Notes: generated by a model from the sequence alone, not told the origin. Shown: positions 1-10,516, counted from the stretch's first letter. The stretch: DNA of 64,000 bases from Candidatus Bathyarchaeota archaeon (GCA_963815095.1 CAWFFH010000005.1:105359-169358), one strand, 5' to 3'. Translations and numbers: made by a program.

Positions 1-8
1 TGTGTATT

Positions 9-497
9 TTGATAGAATGCGCCATTGGACAAATGAATTATTCCTACATCTCCCAAATCGTGTATGGTCCCTTCTGGATATCAGGCTTCTATTTGACCTC
101 GATAAATCTGGCTGTTCTTGCCGTCGTTACGATTTTGGCTTTGGTTTACAGGCGTTTCTGGTGCCGAATCTGCCCCTTAGGAGGCATAACTGCGCTTTTC
201 AGCACATTTACACCGTTCAAACAAATCGCCCTGACTAAACTTCAGAAAGATGAGCACAAATGCACTAAATGCGGTGTTTGCAAGCGTGTTTGCCCAACCC
301 AAGCCACCGCCATGTTCGCTCAGAAGGGCGGAGACGTAACCGAATCCAAATGTATGCTATGCGCACGTTGCGTTGAAATTTGTCCGTATGAAGGTGCATT
401 GGAACTAAAGTTTGCTGGGAAGTCTCTGATGAAGTCAAGGAACTGGCTGGAAGATAAATCGGGCAGCAATCAACCCGAAAGCAAACAAGACAGCTAA
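9..497 (+). CDS. 4Fe-4S binding membrane protein (NapH/MauN-like), probably 5'-truncated by the window edge
   Basis: RRFWCRICPLG motif plus two CxxCxxCxxxCP ferredoxin motifs. Confidence 0.8.
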   Translation: MIECAIGQMNYSYISQIVYGPFWISGFYLTSINLAVLAVVTILALVYRRFWCRICPLGGITALFSTFTPFKQIALTKLQKDEHKCTKCGVCKRVCPTQATAMFAQKGGDVTESKCMLCARCVEICPYEGALELKFAGKSLMKSRNWLEDKSGSNQPESKQDS

Positions 498-692
498 TCT
501 AAATTCACATAAATACTTTGGTTATATTTAACATCTAACATAAGTGAACTAATTCTTGCGTCACAGATGCTTTCGGTTTTTAGGCTAACGCAAGGTTACT
601 AATTTGACTCGAAGTATTAACCACAGAATACGTCCCTGCAAGAGTATTGAGAATTAAAGATTTACAATAAAAAAATTTTATTTGTTATTGTT

Positions 693-770
693 TGGTGGAC
701 GAGGCGGGATTTGAACCCGCGACCTCCACGATGCCAACGTGGCGATCATGCCAGACTGATCTACTCGCCC
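693..770 (-). tRNA. tRNA-Ala(GGC)
   Basis: Reverse complement folds to a cloverleaf: GGGCGAG acceptor, CCACG-TTGGCAT-CGTGG anticodon arm, GGTTCAAATCC T-arm, encoded CCA. Confidence 0.95.
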
Positions 771-906
771 AAATTTTATCTGGCTTCAGAAAGTTACCCC
801 GCCTCGTTTAATAAGCATTTCTTATGGACATGTTGGTTTAGAAATGTGGCGCGTATCTTTTTATACGGCAAACGCAAATAGAAAAGCCAAGCAAGGTGCA
901 AATATC

Positions 907-1959
907 ATGCCTAAAGTTAAAGTTGCATTAATTGGCGTTGGAAACTGCGCCTCATCATTCATCCAAGGCATCCAATACTACGGAAAACTTGACAAACTTG
1001 AGAACAATGTTGGATTACGTCATCCCTTTTTGGCAAATTTAAGCCCCAAAGACATAGAAGTTGTTGCGGCGTTTGACGTGGATGGCCGCAAAGTGGGCGA
1101 AGACATATCCGAAGCTATTTTTGCCTCACCAAACAACGCGCCCAAAGTATCTGATGTCCCGCCAATGGGTGTTAAAGTTAGCAAAGGACTATTGCTTGAC
1201 GGTGTGGGAAACTCAACAAAAGCCCTAATCCAAGTCAGTAAAGCCCCTGACGCGGACGCAGTAAAAGTTCTCAAAGCAGCAGGAGCGGAAGTCATGGTTA
1301 ATTTGCTTCCCTCTGGAGCAGCCAAAGCCACAGAATGGTACGCAGAACAAGCACTCGCAGCAGGATGCGCCTTTGTTAACGCTACACCAAACTTCATTGC
1401 AAGCGACCCAGCATGGGCAAAAAAGTTTGACGCAGCAAAACTTCCACTTGTCGGCGACGACTTAGTTGACCAAGTCGGCTCAACTGCACTGCACAAGACC
1501 CTGCTAAAGTTGCTCTCTGATAACGGTGTTCACATAAACGAAACCTACCAGTTAGACGTTGGCGGAGGAACCGAATCCGTCGACACCATGGACCGCACAC
1601 GCGACGCAAAACGTAACATCAAAACCGAATCCGTAGCCGCTTCAATACCATACAAAGCCGAAATCGTTGCAGGCTCAACTGACTACGTTGATTTTCTGCA
1701 GAACAAACGTGACAGTTACTTCTGGATTAGCGGCGTCTACTTCTGCAATGCACCTATGAAAATTGACCTCAAATTCCAAACCGTTGATGCCCCAAACGCA
1801 GGGTCCGTGCTCTTTGATGTTGTGAGAGCAATGAAGCTTGCAATAGACAAGAAGCTTAAAGGCGCTGTAGAGCCGGTTTGTGCCTACGCGTTTAAGCGTC
1901 CGCCACAGATGGTGCCGATTGACATTGCAGACAAAGAATTCCAGAAATTCGTTGCCTAA
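907..1959 (+). CDS. ino1: myo-inositol-1-phosphate synthase
   Basis: GVGNCAS Rossmann motif, GDD..QVG, DAPNAG motifs; start taken at MPKVKV. Confidence 0.88.
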   Translation: MPKVKVALIGVGNCASSFIQGIQYYGKLDKLENNVGLRHPFLANLSPKDIEVVAAFDVDGRKVGEDISEAIFASPNNAPKVSDVPPMGVKVSKGLLLDGVGNSTKALIQVSKAPDADAVKVLKAAGAEVMVNLLPSGAAKATEWYAEQALAAGCAFVNATPNFIASDPAWAKKFDAAKLPLVGDDLVDQVGSTALHKTLLKLLSDNGVHINETYQLDVGGGTESVDTMDRTRDAKRNIKTESVAASIPYKAEIVAGSTDYVDFLQNKRDSYFWISGVYFCNAPMKIDLKFQTVDAPNAGSVLFDVVRAMKLAIDKKLKGAVEPVCAYAFKRPPQMVPIDIADKEFQKFVA

Positions 1960-2040
1960 CTATTTCAATATTTTTTAATTTTTTTTGTTTTTTCACAAAG
2001 TATTTTAATCCGAAAAACTGACTCTCATCTAGGTCTTTCT

Positions 2041-2724
2041 ATGTACAAACCTGTTGCGGCAATTTTGATCTTCGCTTTCATGTTTGGATCTTTAGTTGCA
2101 GTTGAAGGTCAGCCTGCTGTGGGTGTTAAGATAGGAGATTGGATTGAGTACACCGTTAAAACTACAGGTACACCCCAACCTGAGCAAGATATAACTTGGG
2201 CGAGAATTGAGATTTTAGACTTTGAGGGCGAAGCATTTCACGCAAACTTTACTGTCAAATACGTTAATGGAACCATATCAAGTGGCATCAGGGAATTCAA
2301 TTTTAGTTCTGGACAAGTTCAAGCTTGGATAATTATCCCCGCAAACCTAGGCGCTGGAGACATTTTCTTCGATTCATCCATAAACAGTAACGTAACTATT
2401 CAAGGCCAACTGCACAAAACTATTGCTGGTGCAGACCGAGCAGTTACCTATACAAACACGACTGAGCGACATAAGGAATGGGATAAAGCAACAGGTGTTT
2501 ATGTGCAAAGCGTTGACAACTTGGGAACTTACACCATTAATGCGGAAGCGTCGGCAACAAATATGTGGAGTCCACAAATCCTCAGGTTAGATTCAACGGT
2601 GTTCTATTCCGTTATTGTCGCAGTCATTGTGGCAATTGTGATAATTGTTTCATTGTTGGTTTTGGCTCAGAAAAAGAAACGGATCAATCGCTCTAAATCA
2701 GTGGGTCAATCTCAGGTTGTATGA
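2041..2724 (+). CDS. secreted membrane-anchored hypothetical protein
   Basis: N-terminal signal peptide, GVKIGDWIEY motif, C-terminal TM followed by basic residues. Confidence 0.7.
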   Translation: MYKPVAAILIFAFMFGSLVAVEGQPAVGVKIGDWIEYTVKTTGTPQPEQDITWARIEILDFEGEAFHANFTVKYVNGTISSGIREFNFSSGQVQAWIIIPANLGAGDIFFDSSINSNVTIQGQLHKTIAGADRAVTYTNTTERHKEWDKATGVYVQSVDNLGTYTINAEASATNMWSPQILRLDSTVFYSVIVAVIVAIVIIVSLLVLAQKKKRINRSKSVGQSQVV

Positions 2725-2768
2725 AGGCGATCAAAGAAATTCATGAAAAATTGAAGAAGTGTAGGTAT

Positions 2769-3869
2769 CTAAAGTTTTTCAAGTTCGCTGATAACTTTCT
2801 CCCGGAACCCGTTTTGTTTGAGTGTATCTTTTAGTGTGTTTATAGTTCTAACTGGTGTAGGATCTACTCCATGCAGGACAGCCAAGTAGACGCTTGTGAA
2901 GTCGCCGACAAGTATTGTTGATAGCATCTTTGCCAAGACGCTTTTACCCTGAACTTCCAAATCAAACATTACTAAACCCCTTTGCTCCATAATTTGTTTG
3001 GTAGTTTCAATTCGGCTTTCAATTTCCGCTGGTTCTGCACTGTCTCGAATGAAGATAATCGAAAAATATTTGCATTGTTCGCCTCGTCCTTCCCAACCTA
3101 CAACCTCGTTATGGTCTAGCTCAGGGAAAAACTCCCATTTCGCCGCGGATTTGCTGTTTTCGTTAAATTGTTGCTTAAACCGTTGGGCTACGCTGCGGTA
3201 GAAGCCAAAGCCGTAGATGGTTGGAGCGCTTTCGCCGACGTGTGTGGCTACTGTTTTTGCAAAGTTATCTCTAGTTAGTGTTTCTGGCCCGTTTTCTTGG
3301 CTGATTTTCTCCAGCAACGGTATTGCTTCGTTAAGTTCTTCTTTTACGCCTTTAACTAAACCCGCTTTTTCCATGTAAACCAAAAGTGGCAAAAGCATAT
3401 ACGGCAAAGCAGCACGAGGAGGCATGCCGCTAGGAACCTGAAGGTAGGGCACTTTATGTTTTTGAGCGTATTTTAAGACGGCGCCACCGCTGCTTATGCA
3501 GTAAATCATGCATTTGCGTTTTAGAGCATCAAGAAAACTGGACAGCGTCTCTTCTGTATCGCCTGAGTAACTCGTGATGAAAACCAATGTTTTCTTGTTA
3601 GCGTATGCTGGTAGTTTGTATTCTCGGCTGACCTCGATGGGCACGGATAGTTGTGTTTTTGCCCAGTCTTTGAGTAAGTCGCCGCCGATGGCAGAACCAC
3701 CTAAACCCGCTACCACAATGTTGCTGGGTTTCGGGTAATCAACGATTATTCTTTCGGCGTTTTTGGCTGCTTCACGATAATGCCTAGCCGCCTCTACAGA
3801 AAAATTGAGCATTCCACTCTTGTCAACAGAATATATCTTTTCAACATTATCTAAAATGGGGGTTACCAA
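2769..3869 (-). CDS. bifunctional phosphoglucose/phosphomannose isomerase
   Basis: GLGGSAIGG, SYSGDTEET, PPRAALP, ENSK, PELDHNE motifs; TTG start chosen downstream of GGAGG. Confidence 0.9.
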   Translation of the reverse strand: MVTPILDNVEKIYSVDKSGMLNFSVEAARHYREAAKNAERIIVDYPKPSNIVVAGLGGSAIGGDLLKDWAKTQLSVPIEVSREYKLPAYANKKTLVFITSYSGDTEETLSSFLDALKRKCMIYCISSGGAVLKYAQKHKVPYLQVPSGMPPRAALPYMLLPLLVYMEKAGLVKGVKEELNEAIPLLEKISQENGPETLTRDNFAKTVATHVGESAPTIYGFGFYRSVAQRFKQQFNENSKSAAKWEFFPELDHNEVVGWEGRGEQCKYFSIIFIRDSAEPAEIESRIETTKQIMEQRGLVMFDLEVQGKSVLAKMLSTILVGDFTSVYLAVLHGVDPTPVRTINTLKDTLKQNGFREKVISELEKL

Positions 3870-3959
3870 TCGCTTGATCCTCCAAATAACACGCAGTTTT
3901 ATATCTCGTCTCCTCCTTTTAAGCACAACGCAGACTTCAAGCTTCAAGAGGGATAATGT

Positions 3960-4814
3960 ATGAACAAAACGAAACTTTCAATCGCGATCCCAGCATCCAC
4001 AATCTCCGATACTCCTCACCTACGAGAGAAAACAGCCAAGATTGGCTTAATTGGACGCTCCGCGGCGATTTTTCGGGTAGACGAAATCATAGTATACCCA
4101 GACTGCCCCAAAGTGGACCAGCGGCGCGATTTGGATTTTATTGCACTTTTGCTCTCATATTTGGAGACGCCTCAGTACCTTCGAAAAGCCCTGTTTAGGC
4201 TTGAGGCAGATTTGGAGTATGCCGGAATCCTGCCCCCACTGCGTACGCCTCATCATCCTTTGAGTGGCAAAACTAAGCATCTGCAGGTAGGTGAGTTCCG
4301 AGAGGGCGTAGTTTTGTCTGAAACCAAAGACGGTTTAATTGTTGACATTGGAGTTCAGCAGCCAGCCCTTTTGAGACAAAAAGGGTTCGGTGTCGGCTGC
4401 CGTTTAACTTTGCAAGTAATTAACATTGGACGACAGATAGAAGTTCAAGCTGCAAATCGCGAAGATATTCCGCAATATTGGGGCTACCAGGTTCGGGTCG
4501 ATAAAGGTTCGTTTGGGAAAATGGTCGCTGAGAGCGATTTTGATTTAAAGATAGCCACGGCAAGGGTGGGTGATAATTTTGCGGATGTTGCAAGCAAGAT
4601 AGGCTCGAAATGGGTGGATAGTCAGCGGGTTTTGGTGGCGTTTGGTGCTCCGTCGCGTGGGTTACATGAGATTGCTGAGGCTGAAGGCTTAAAAATCGCA
4701 GAAATTACCGATTTCGTGGTGAATACGGTTCCAAATCAGGGTACAGCAACAGTTCGTACTGAAGAGGCGCTCTTGGCGTCATTGGCTATCTTTAACGTTT
4801 ATTTCAACTGCTAA
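3960..4814 (+). CDS. SPOUT-family RNA methyltransferase (MTH1/SPOUT1-like)
   Basis: ETPQYLRK, GILPPL, NTVPNQGTATVRTEEA motifs. Confidence 0.88.
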   Translation: MNKTKLSIAIPASTISDTPHLREKTAKIGLIGRSAAIFRVDEIIVYPDCPKVDQRRDLDFIALLLSYLETPQYLRKALFRLEADLEYAGILPPLRTPHHPLSGKTKHLQVGEFREGVVLSETKDGLIVDIGVQQPALLRQKGFGVGCRLTLQVINIGRQIEVQAANREDIPQYWGYQVRVDKGSFGKMVAESDFDLKIATARVGDNFADVASKIGSKWVDSQRVLVAFGAPSRGLHEIAEAEGLKIAEITDFVVNTVPNQGTATVRTEEALLASLAIFNVYFNC

Positions 4815-4885
4815 CCTTTTTCTTAGGCGTTTTTCGGAGTTTTTGACTAAACAAATAAAAGCTTCTTTTGTTTATTGTGGAGTCT

Positions 4886-6031
4886 ATGCCTTCCCTTGAC
4901 CTTGCTATGCCTATTGCATTATTACTTGTGGTAACAGTTGCCATGCTTCTAAACAAGCGAATAGAAGGAAAACTAATGGCGACCGTTGAGGAAAAAGAGT
5001 TCAAAACACGTGACATAATTCTTCTAGTTGTTTTCATGGCTATCATAATTACCGTTATCTCCTACACATCAATGATTAGTCCAGGCGATGTCTTTCCTAA
5101 CATTCTCTTAGTAATGTTCCTCTCATCATACACCATGTTGCTATTCACGTTTTCCTACATATTTTCAAACATAACCAAAATGCGAGCCCAGCTACTTTCG
5201 CTTGGCTTTGGAGTAGCAAGCTTGGTTGCAGGATTTGCAAGTCTTTCAGGTTCACTCGCAGACAGTTTTACCGTTTACAGAGTCATAGCCTTTTTTGCTT
5301 TAGCTGCCTTCTGTTTTGGCGCAGCAGCTTTCGAGCAATTAAAAACCGTTTCCAAGCAAAGATGGTATGTTGCTGCTCAACCTCCAGCAATCTTTGTGTT
5401 ATTATTTATTTTCTTAAACGTTATCCATAACGCAGGAACAGCGGCAATTTGGTATCCCTACATTATGGATGTTTTCGGCTTTACCTTTGCTATCCTAATT
5501 ATCCTGTACCTTTCGTCTTTGTTTAGTTGGAAAACGGTGGGTCTATTTGCGGTTCTCTTAACTATCATGGACATTATTTTGGTAATAGGCACCGGAACCA
5601 TGGTACAAGCTGCCACACAATTCACTGGATTAGGTCTTCCAGTACTGGTTTACATACCCAACGTACCATTTATTCATAATTCAGCGGGTGAACTTTTGAG
5701 CAGAGGACTTGGGTTGGGCGACTTTTTCTTTGCCGGCGTTCTCGCAGTTCAAACATTCAACAAATTCGGTAAAAGAACAGCCATCGTGTCGATCGTTGCG
5801 ATGGCGGTGGCTTTCGGTATCTGGGAAGCCTTCTTACCTGACATCATAAAGGGACTTATACCAATTCTTGGAAGAAACATCCAGGGGTTCCCGGGAACTT
5901 TGATGATTATTTGTGGTTGGGCACCAATCATTGCGTGGAAAGTGCTTAGTTCAAGAAACAAACCTGTTGTGGCGCCAATTGCTGTTCAATCTGCCGAAAT
6001 CCCTAAAGACCCAAGTTTACCACTGCAATAA
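4886..6031 (+). CDS. presenilin/signal-peptide-peptidase-like GxGD intramembrane aspartyl protease
   Basis: Multi-TM; IMDIILV (first Asp), GLGLGDFF (GxGD), FPGT at the PAL-equivalent position. Confidence 0.7.
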   Translation: MPSLDLAMPIALLLVVTVAMLLNKRIEGKLMATVEEKEFKTRDIILLVVFMAIIITVISYTSMISPGDVFPNILLVMFLSSYTMLLFTFSYIFSNITKMRAQLLSLGFGVASLVAGFASLSGSLADSFTVYRVIAFFALAAFCFGAAAFEQLKTVSKQRWYVAAQPPAIFVLLFIFLNVIHNAGTAAIWYPYIMDVFGFTFAILIILYLSSLFSWKTVGLFAVLLTIMDIILVIGTGTMVQAATQFTGLGLPVLVYIPNVPFIHNSAGELLSRGLGLGDFFFAGVLAVQTFNKFGKRTAIVSIVAMAVAFGIWEAFLPDIIKGLIPILGRNIQGFPGTLMIICGWAPIIAWKVLSSRNKPVVAPIAVQSAEIPKDPSLPLQ

Positions 6032-6107
6032 TTTCTGTTGCATTACTTAATTAAAAGATAAAATATTTTTGGGAAAAAATAAATTAAAAATAAGATAAAG
6101 GCTTATT

Positions 6108-6425
6108 TTACCCGAATAGGGCGCCTAATCCTTCTAATGCTGCTTCTTCTTTGGCTTTTTCTTCTTCAGCTTTCTTCTTCTTGTCTTCTGGAGCGGCTGC
6201 TGATTTTGCTTCTGCTGCTGGAGCTGCCACTGGAGCGGCTGCCATCATGGCTGGTGCGGCTTTGATTGCTTCATCAATGTTTACTTCGCTGAGTGATGCA
6301 ACGAGTGCTTTAACTTGTATTGCGTCAACTGTAACGCCTGCTGCTTCGAGAACTTTTGTTACTGAAGCTTCGTTAATTTCTTTACCTGCCTTGTGAAGGA
6401 GCATTGCTGCGTAAATATTTTCCAT
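6108..6425 (-). CDS. rpl12: ribosomal stalk protein P1/L12
   Basis: [12 protein letters not shown]-terminus, Ala-rich hinge, EGLGALFG C-terminus. Confidence 0.95.
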   Translation of the reverse strand: MENIYAAMLLHKAGKEINEASVTKVLEAAGVTVDAIQVKALVASLSEVNIDEAIKAAPAMMAAAPVAAPAAEAKSAAAPEDKKKKAEEEKAKEEAALEGLGALFG

Positions 6426-6711
6426 ACCTTTTCACCTCTTCCAACCTCTACATCGGGGTATTTTAACCTTTTTGGTTGGTCTGACCTTCCTCCAAGCTTG
6501 GAAGTTGATCGTTACCTGAAATGGCAATTGGTTTTGCCGTTTTCTTGCCGTTTAGAAGATTACCCTTTACCTTATGAACCTTTCGTACATATATGAATCA
6601 AGTTATAATCCGTATTTTTCTTCTCAGATTTAGGTGAATTTATCTGCTGAGTCAACAACACTTATCTTTCAGAACAAACCAACAATGCGGATAGCATAAA
6701 GGTCATGAAAT

Positions 6712-7683
6712 ATGGGAAACATTACAGTGGCTATTCTTGGCAGCTTAGAATACGGTAGCGCCTTAGCCAAAAAAGGCACATCCACAGACATAACCCTCTA
6801 CAACCTCAAAAAGGGCGAAGACACCGTAACTTTCATTGAACCCACACGCTACCCCGAACGCTTAGCGCCTCTCTTCTACGCTTGTGCCTTATCAAAAAAA
6901 GCTATAGTCGTCGTCAACGTGTTAGACTCTTCGTTTGGTGAGCAACTTGTTATGCTCCAGTGCAGCGATATAAAAAGCGGCTACATAATCCTCAAAAACT
7001 ATGTTCCTAAAGAAAAAATTGAAGCCCTCATAAAAGGAACCAGCCTAGAAAAATTCGAAATAATCCCAGATGACCCAAACGCACTGCGCGAAAAACTGTT
7101 GGTGGAAGCTTCCAAACAAAAGACTGTAGAACTTCCAGCAGGACAACAGGCGATTGGAGCAGTCCCCGTCGACCACGCTTTCAATGTTAAAGGCGTCGGA
7201 GTGGTTGTTCTTGGAATAGTTGTTTACGGTCTTGTTCAGAAACATGCTTCTCTTAATGTTCTTCCAGCAATCAAAACTGCGCAAGTTCGTTCCATCCAAA
7301 AGCACGATGAAGAATTCGACCTTGCAGGTGAAGGCGACCGCGTTGGATTGGCACTAAAAAACGTGGACGTCGAGGACTTGGACCGCGGCACAGTTTTAAC
7401 AAACGACCCAACAATCAAAAACTCAACTGCCATAAAAACTCAAGCAGTGCTCGTTAAATACTGGCAAACACCAATCAAGCCCGGCATGGTAATGCACATT
7501 GGCCACTGGACCCAATTCATAACTGCCAAAGTTGACTCGGTAACTGAGACAGGCGACGCTAAAAAACCCGCCCTAACCCTAACGCTTGAAAAACCGCTGG
7601 TGCATCGCCCAAACGATAAAGCTGTGTTGATGTATTTGGATGGCGCCAAATTGCGGGTTGCAGGCACCGTTGACATTCCTTAG
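6712..7683 (+). CDS. EF-Tu/SelB domain-II-containing protein lacking a canonical G1 motif
   Basis: KKGTSTDIT, VDHAFNVKGVGVVVLG, VRSIQKHD, GDRVGLALK, LDRG motifs. Confidence 0.8.
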   Translation: MGNITVAILGSLEYGSALAKKGTSTDITLYNLKKGEDTVTFIEPTRYPERLAPLFYACALSKKAIVVVNVLDSSFGEQLVMLQCSDIKSGYIILKNYVPKEKIEALIKGTSLEKFEIIPDDPNALREKLLVEASKQKTVELPAGQQAIGAVPVDHAFNVKGVGVVVLGIVVYGLVQKHASLNVLPAIKTAQVRSIQKHDEEFDLAGEGDRVGLALKNVDVEDLDRGTVLTNDPTIKNSTAIKTQAVLVKYWQTPIKPGMVMHIGHWTQFITAKVDSVTETGDAKKPALTLTLEKPLVHRPNDKAVLMYLDGAKLRVAGTVDIP

Positions 7684-7763
7684 AAAGGAAACAGGTTAAT
7701 TTTTGACTGAATGGCTGCAATAATCCATATAAGCCCACAGTAGCCATCCACCCTTGATTTGTA

Positions 7764-8897
7764 ATGTATCGAACTGGTGTTGCGAACCTGCCTCTTCATG
7801 GCGGCAAGGCTCCTTCTTGGCTGACTGTGCGCATGCGGAAGCTGGCTAAGGAAATAGCTGGCATCATGATTGAAGAGCAGGGCACCGACAAATTCCTCGC
7901 ACGCCTCTCCGACCCATATTGGTTTCAAGCTTTTGGCTGTGTTTTGGCTTACGATTGGCATAGCAGCGGCGTAACAACGGTCGTCACTGGTATCCTCAAG
8001 GGCGCTCTTTCACCCGAAGAGCATGGCGTAGCAGTTTGCGGAGGAAAAGGCAAAACGTCGCGGAAAACCCCCAGCGACATCGAAGCAGTCGGCGAAAAAT
8101 TTGGCTTTTCGCAAGAAACCATCGATGAACTCACCTACACAAGTCGCATAACCGCCAAAGTCGACAATACCGCCATCCAAGCCGGATACCAACTCTACCA
8201 CCATGCCTTCATGGTGACTAAAGACGAAAAATGGGCAGTTATTCAACAAGGGATGAGCCATGAAGACCGCTCTGCAAGACGGTACCATTGGCTAAGCGAA
8301 AACACCCGGTGCTTTGTCGAGGACCCCCACAACGCTATCGCATGCAACGTCAAACGTGACCGCGCCCTTAATATGGTGGCAAAACAAAGCGAGGCAGCAC
8401 GCAAAGCCTCCGTCGACCTCTCGAAGGAGCCTACACGTAAGCTCTTGAACCTATTTCAATCCGCAGCAAAACCTCTAAACCAGACCTCACTGCAACAATG
8501 GCTTCCCAAATCAACTGACCCATGGCTTCAAACCCAAACAAGGCTCAACATGCCCAGAAATATCAACTGGGACACTCTTGCACGCGTCTACGAGTTTCAA
8601 CCAAGCAACTACGAGGAATTGCTCAGCGTAAAGGGCGTTGGACCGGCAACTGTGCGTGGATTAGCGCTTGTCGCTGAATTGATGTATGGCGAGGCGCCAA
8701 GTTGGGAAGACCCAGTAAAATTTAGTTTCGCCTACGGCGGAAAAGACGGTGTTCCTTTTCCAGTGAACCGTCAAGCGATGGATGAGTCCATAGAAATCCT
8801 CAAGCAAACGGTGAAGGAGGCCAAAATCGGTGAAAAAGAAAAACTCCAATCGCTACAAAGGCTGCGTTGCTTCGTTCCAGCGAACGCAAATTCTTAA
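7764..8897 (+). CDS. DUF763 family protein
   Basis: LPLHGGKAP, DWHSSGVTT, AKVDNTAIQ, ARRYHW, GGKDGVPFPV motifs. Confidence 0.88.
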   Translation: MYRTGVANLPLHGGKAPSWLTVRMRKLAKEIAGIMIEEQGTDKFLARLSDPYWFQAFGCVLAYDWHSSGVTTVVTGILKGALSPEEHGVAVCGGKGKTSRKTPSDIEAVGEKFGFSQETIDELTYTSRITAKVDNTAIQAGYQLYHHAFMVTKDEKWAVIQQGMSHEDRSARRYHWLSENTRCFVEDPHNAIACNVKRDRALNMVAKQSEAARKASVDLSKEPTRKLLNLFQSAAKPLNQTSLQQWLPKSTDPWLQTQTRLNMPRNINWDTLARVYEFQPSNYEELLSVKGVGPATVRGLALVAELMYGEAPSWEDPVKFSFAYGGKDGVPFPVNRQAMDESIEILKQTVKEAKIGEKEKLQSLQRLRCFVPANANS

Positions 8898-8922
8898 ACC
8901 AAGCTTTCCAAATAGTAAATGT

Positions 8923-9525
8923 ATGCCATCTTCAAGAAAGGTTGTTTTCCAAAGGACGGGTGCAATTGCTGGAATAGTGGCGCCGGTATTGGGGCTCAGT
9001 TGTATTCTCGCCGCTGTTGCGTCCTATTCAGCCTTTAGCTGGACAAATAATGCGTTAAGCGACTTAGGTATTATGGCCGGCGTGACAAGGCTATTCTTCA
9101 ACTTTGGACTCATTGGTAGCGGGTTCTTAGCCTTGCTCTTCGCGGCACTGGGTTTGTTTAACTATTCTGGTGAAACGTTAGTTGGTAAAGTCGGCGCGTG
9201 GTCTTTTGAAGCGGCAACAGTAGCGCTCATCGGAATTGGCATATTCAACGAGAACTTTCAAGGAACACACTACATATTGTCGGTAGCGTTCTTTGTCTTG
9301 GCACCCATTTCACTATTTATTTTGACCTATGCATTTTGGTTCAGCCATAAAAAAGGCATGGCAGTTTTCACCGTTCTTGTCGGCGTTGCGGCAGCTTTAC
9401 CTTGGCTTTTACAATTTGCATTTAATTATGTTTCTAACGTTGCTATCCCAGAATTTTTGTCAGGATTGGCTATTTCAGTTTGGACTATTGTGCTTAGCAG
9501 AAAAATATTAAGCTTTAAAGTTTGA
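8923..9525 (+). CDS. DUF998 family membrane protein
   Basis: FSWTNNALSDLG motif, multiple TM helices, AIPE motif. Confidence 0.8.
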   Translation: MPSSRKVVFQRTGAIAGIVAPVLGLSCILAAVASYSAFSWTNNALSDLGIMAGVTRLFFNFGLIGSGFLALLFAALGLFNYSGETLVGKVGAWSFEAATVALIGIGIFNENFQGTHYILSVAFFVLAPISLFILTYAFWFSHKKGMAVFTVLVGVAAALPWLLQFAFNYVSNVAIPEFLSGLAISVWTIVLSRKILSFKV

Positions 9526-10516
9526 CAGCGTCAACGTACATTTGAGCGCAACAAAAAGAGGAAAAAACTGTTCCATAACCCTTGCTCTTCGCATACTCAA
9601 TCGCTAATTCGCTGGGGAAAGCAACTGCGTCTACTCCTGCCTTTAAAGCTAAAACGTCCGTTTCGCTGCGGCTTAAGCCTTTGGGACGCATACACCCTAA
9701 GATCAGTGGCGTTTCTGGAAACATCAGCCTTGCCAACACCGCTACTTTGGCTATGTCGACTGGTTTTGGAGGAGGTGTCTTTGCCATTACGGTGCCGTGG
9801 ATGGGCATAAACGCGATAATCACAAGAGCAGCGGGTTTGATTTGCTTTATCATTTGGAGTGCTTTCAGTTCGCCATCGAGTTTGCCTTCGTTTAACCCAA
9901 CGATAACATGGGGTACAACGTGCAATTTGGCATTTTGCAGCGCTTTAAGTGAGTCAGAGTAGTTTTGAACTGTTATCTTAAGGTTATAGATTTTCTTGAC
10001 CGTTTCTGAGGAGCCTATAACATCCATCAAGGTCGCGTCAACTTCCGCTGTTTTAAGTGCTATGGCGGTTTCCTGGTTAATTATGCCCGTGTGGACAAAA
10101 ACCGTTAAGCCCAACTCTTTCTTAAAACGCCCAAGCACAGGAACAAAATCATCCAAAGGTACCGAACCGTCGGTTAAGCATCCTCCGCTAACAAGGCAAC
10201 CGACAGCACCATTCTGCTTGAGTTTAATGCCCAATTCAAAGAGTTTCTCGGGCGAGAGGGCGGGATGCATGGTTTCAAGCACTTTACCGCCACAATGCTT
10301 GCAGTTCAATGAGCAGGCATTGCCTGTGATGGAGATGGTTGGGAACGCAGTTGCGGTGGAGCAGTAATGTTTGGTTTTATAATAGGTGAAGCTAGGCGCG
10401 TAAAAGCGAATTTTGTTTTCTCTTGGCTTGAAGTTTTCTGAATTGAGCAAATCTAAGAGTTCTGTTTCGCTTGAGTTCCAGATTGCTTGTACCGAAAGCT
10501 GTACCATATTTTTCAA
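9515..10516 (-). CDS. radical SAM protein, LipS1-type archaeal lipoyl synthase component
   Basis: CSLNCKHC radical-SAM motif, GCMR motif and C-terminal CC motif. Confidence 0.75.
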   Translation of the reverse strand: MKNMVQLSVQAIWNSSETELLDLLNSENFKPRENKIRFYAPSFTYYKTKHYCSTATAFPTISITGNACSLNCKHCGGKVLETMHPALSPEKLFELGIKLKQNGAVGCLVSGGCLTDGSVPLDDFVPVLGRFKKELGLTVFVHTGIINQETAIALKTAEVDATLMDVIGSSETVKKIYNLKITVQNYSDSLKALQNAKLHVVPHVIVGLNEGKLDGELKALQMIKQIKPAALVIIAFMPIHGTVMAKTPPPKPVDIAKVAVLARLMFPETPLILGCMRPKGLSRSETDVLALKAGVDAVAFPSELAIEYAKSKGYGTVFSSFCCAQMYVDAVKL

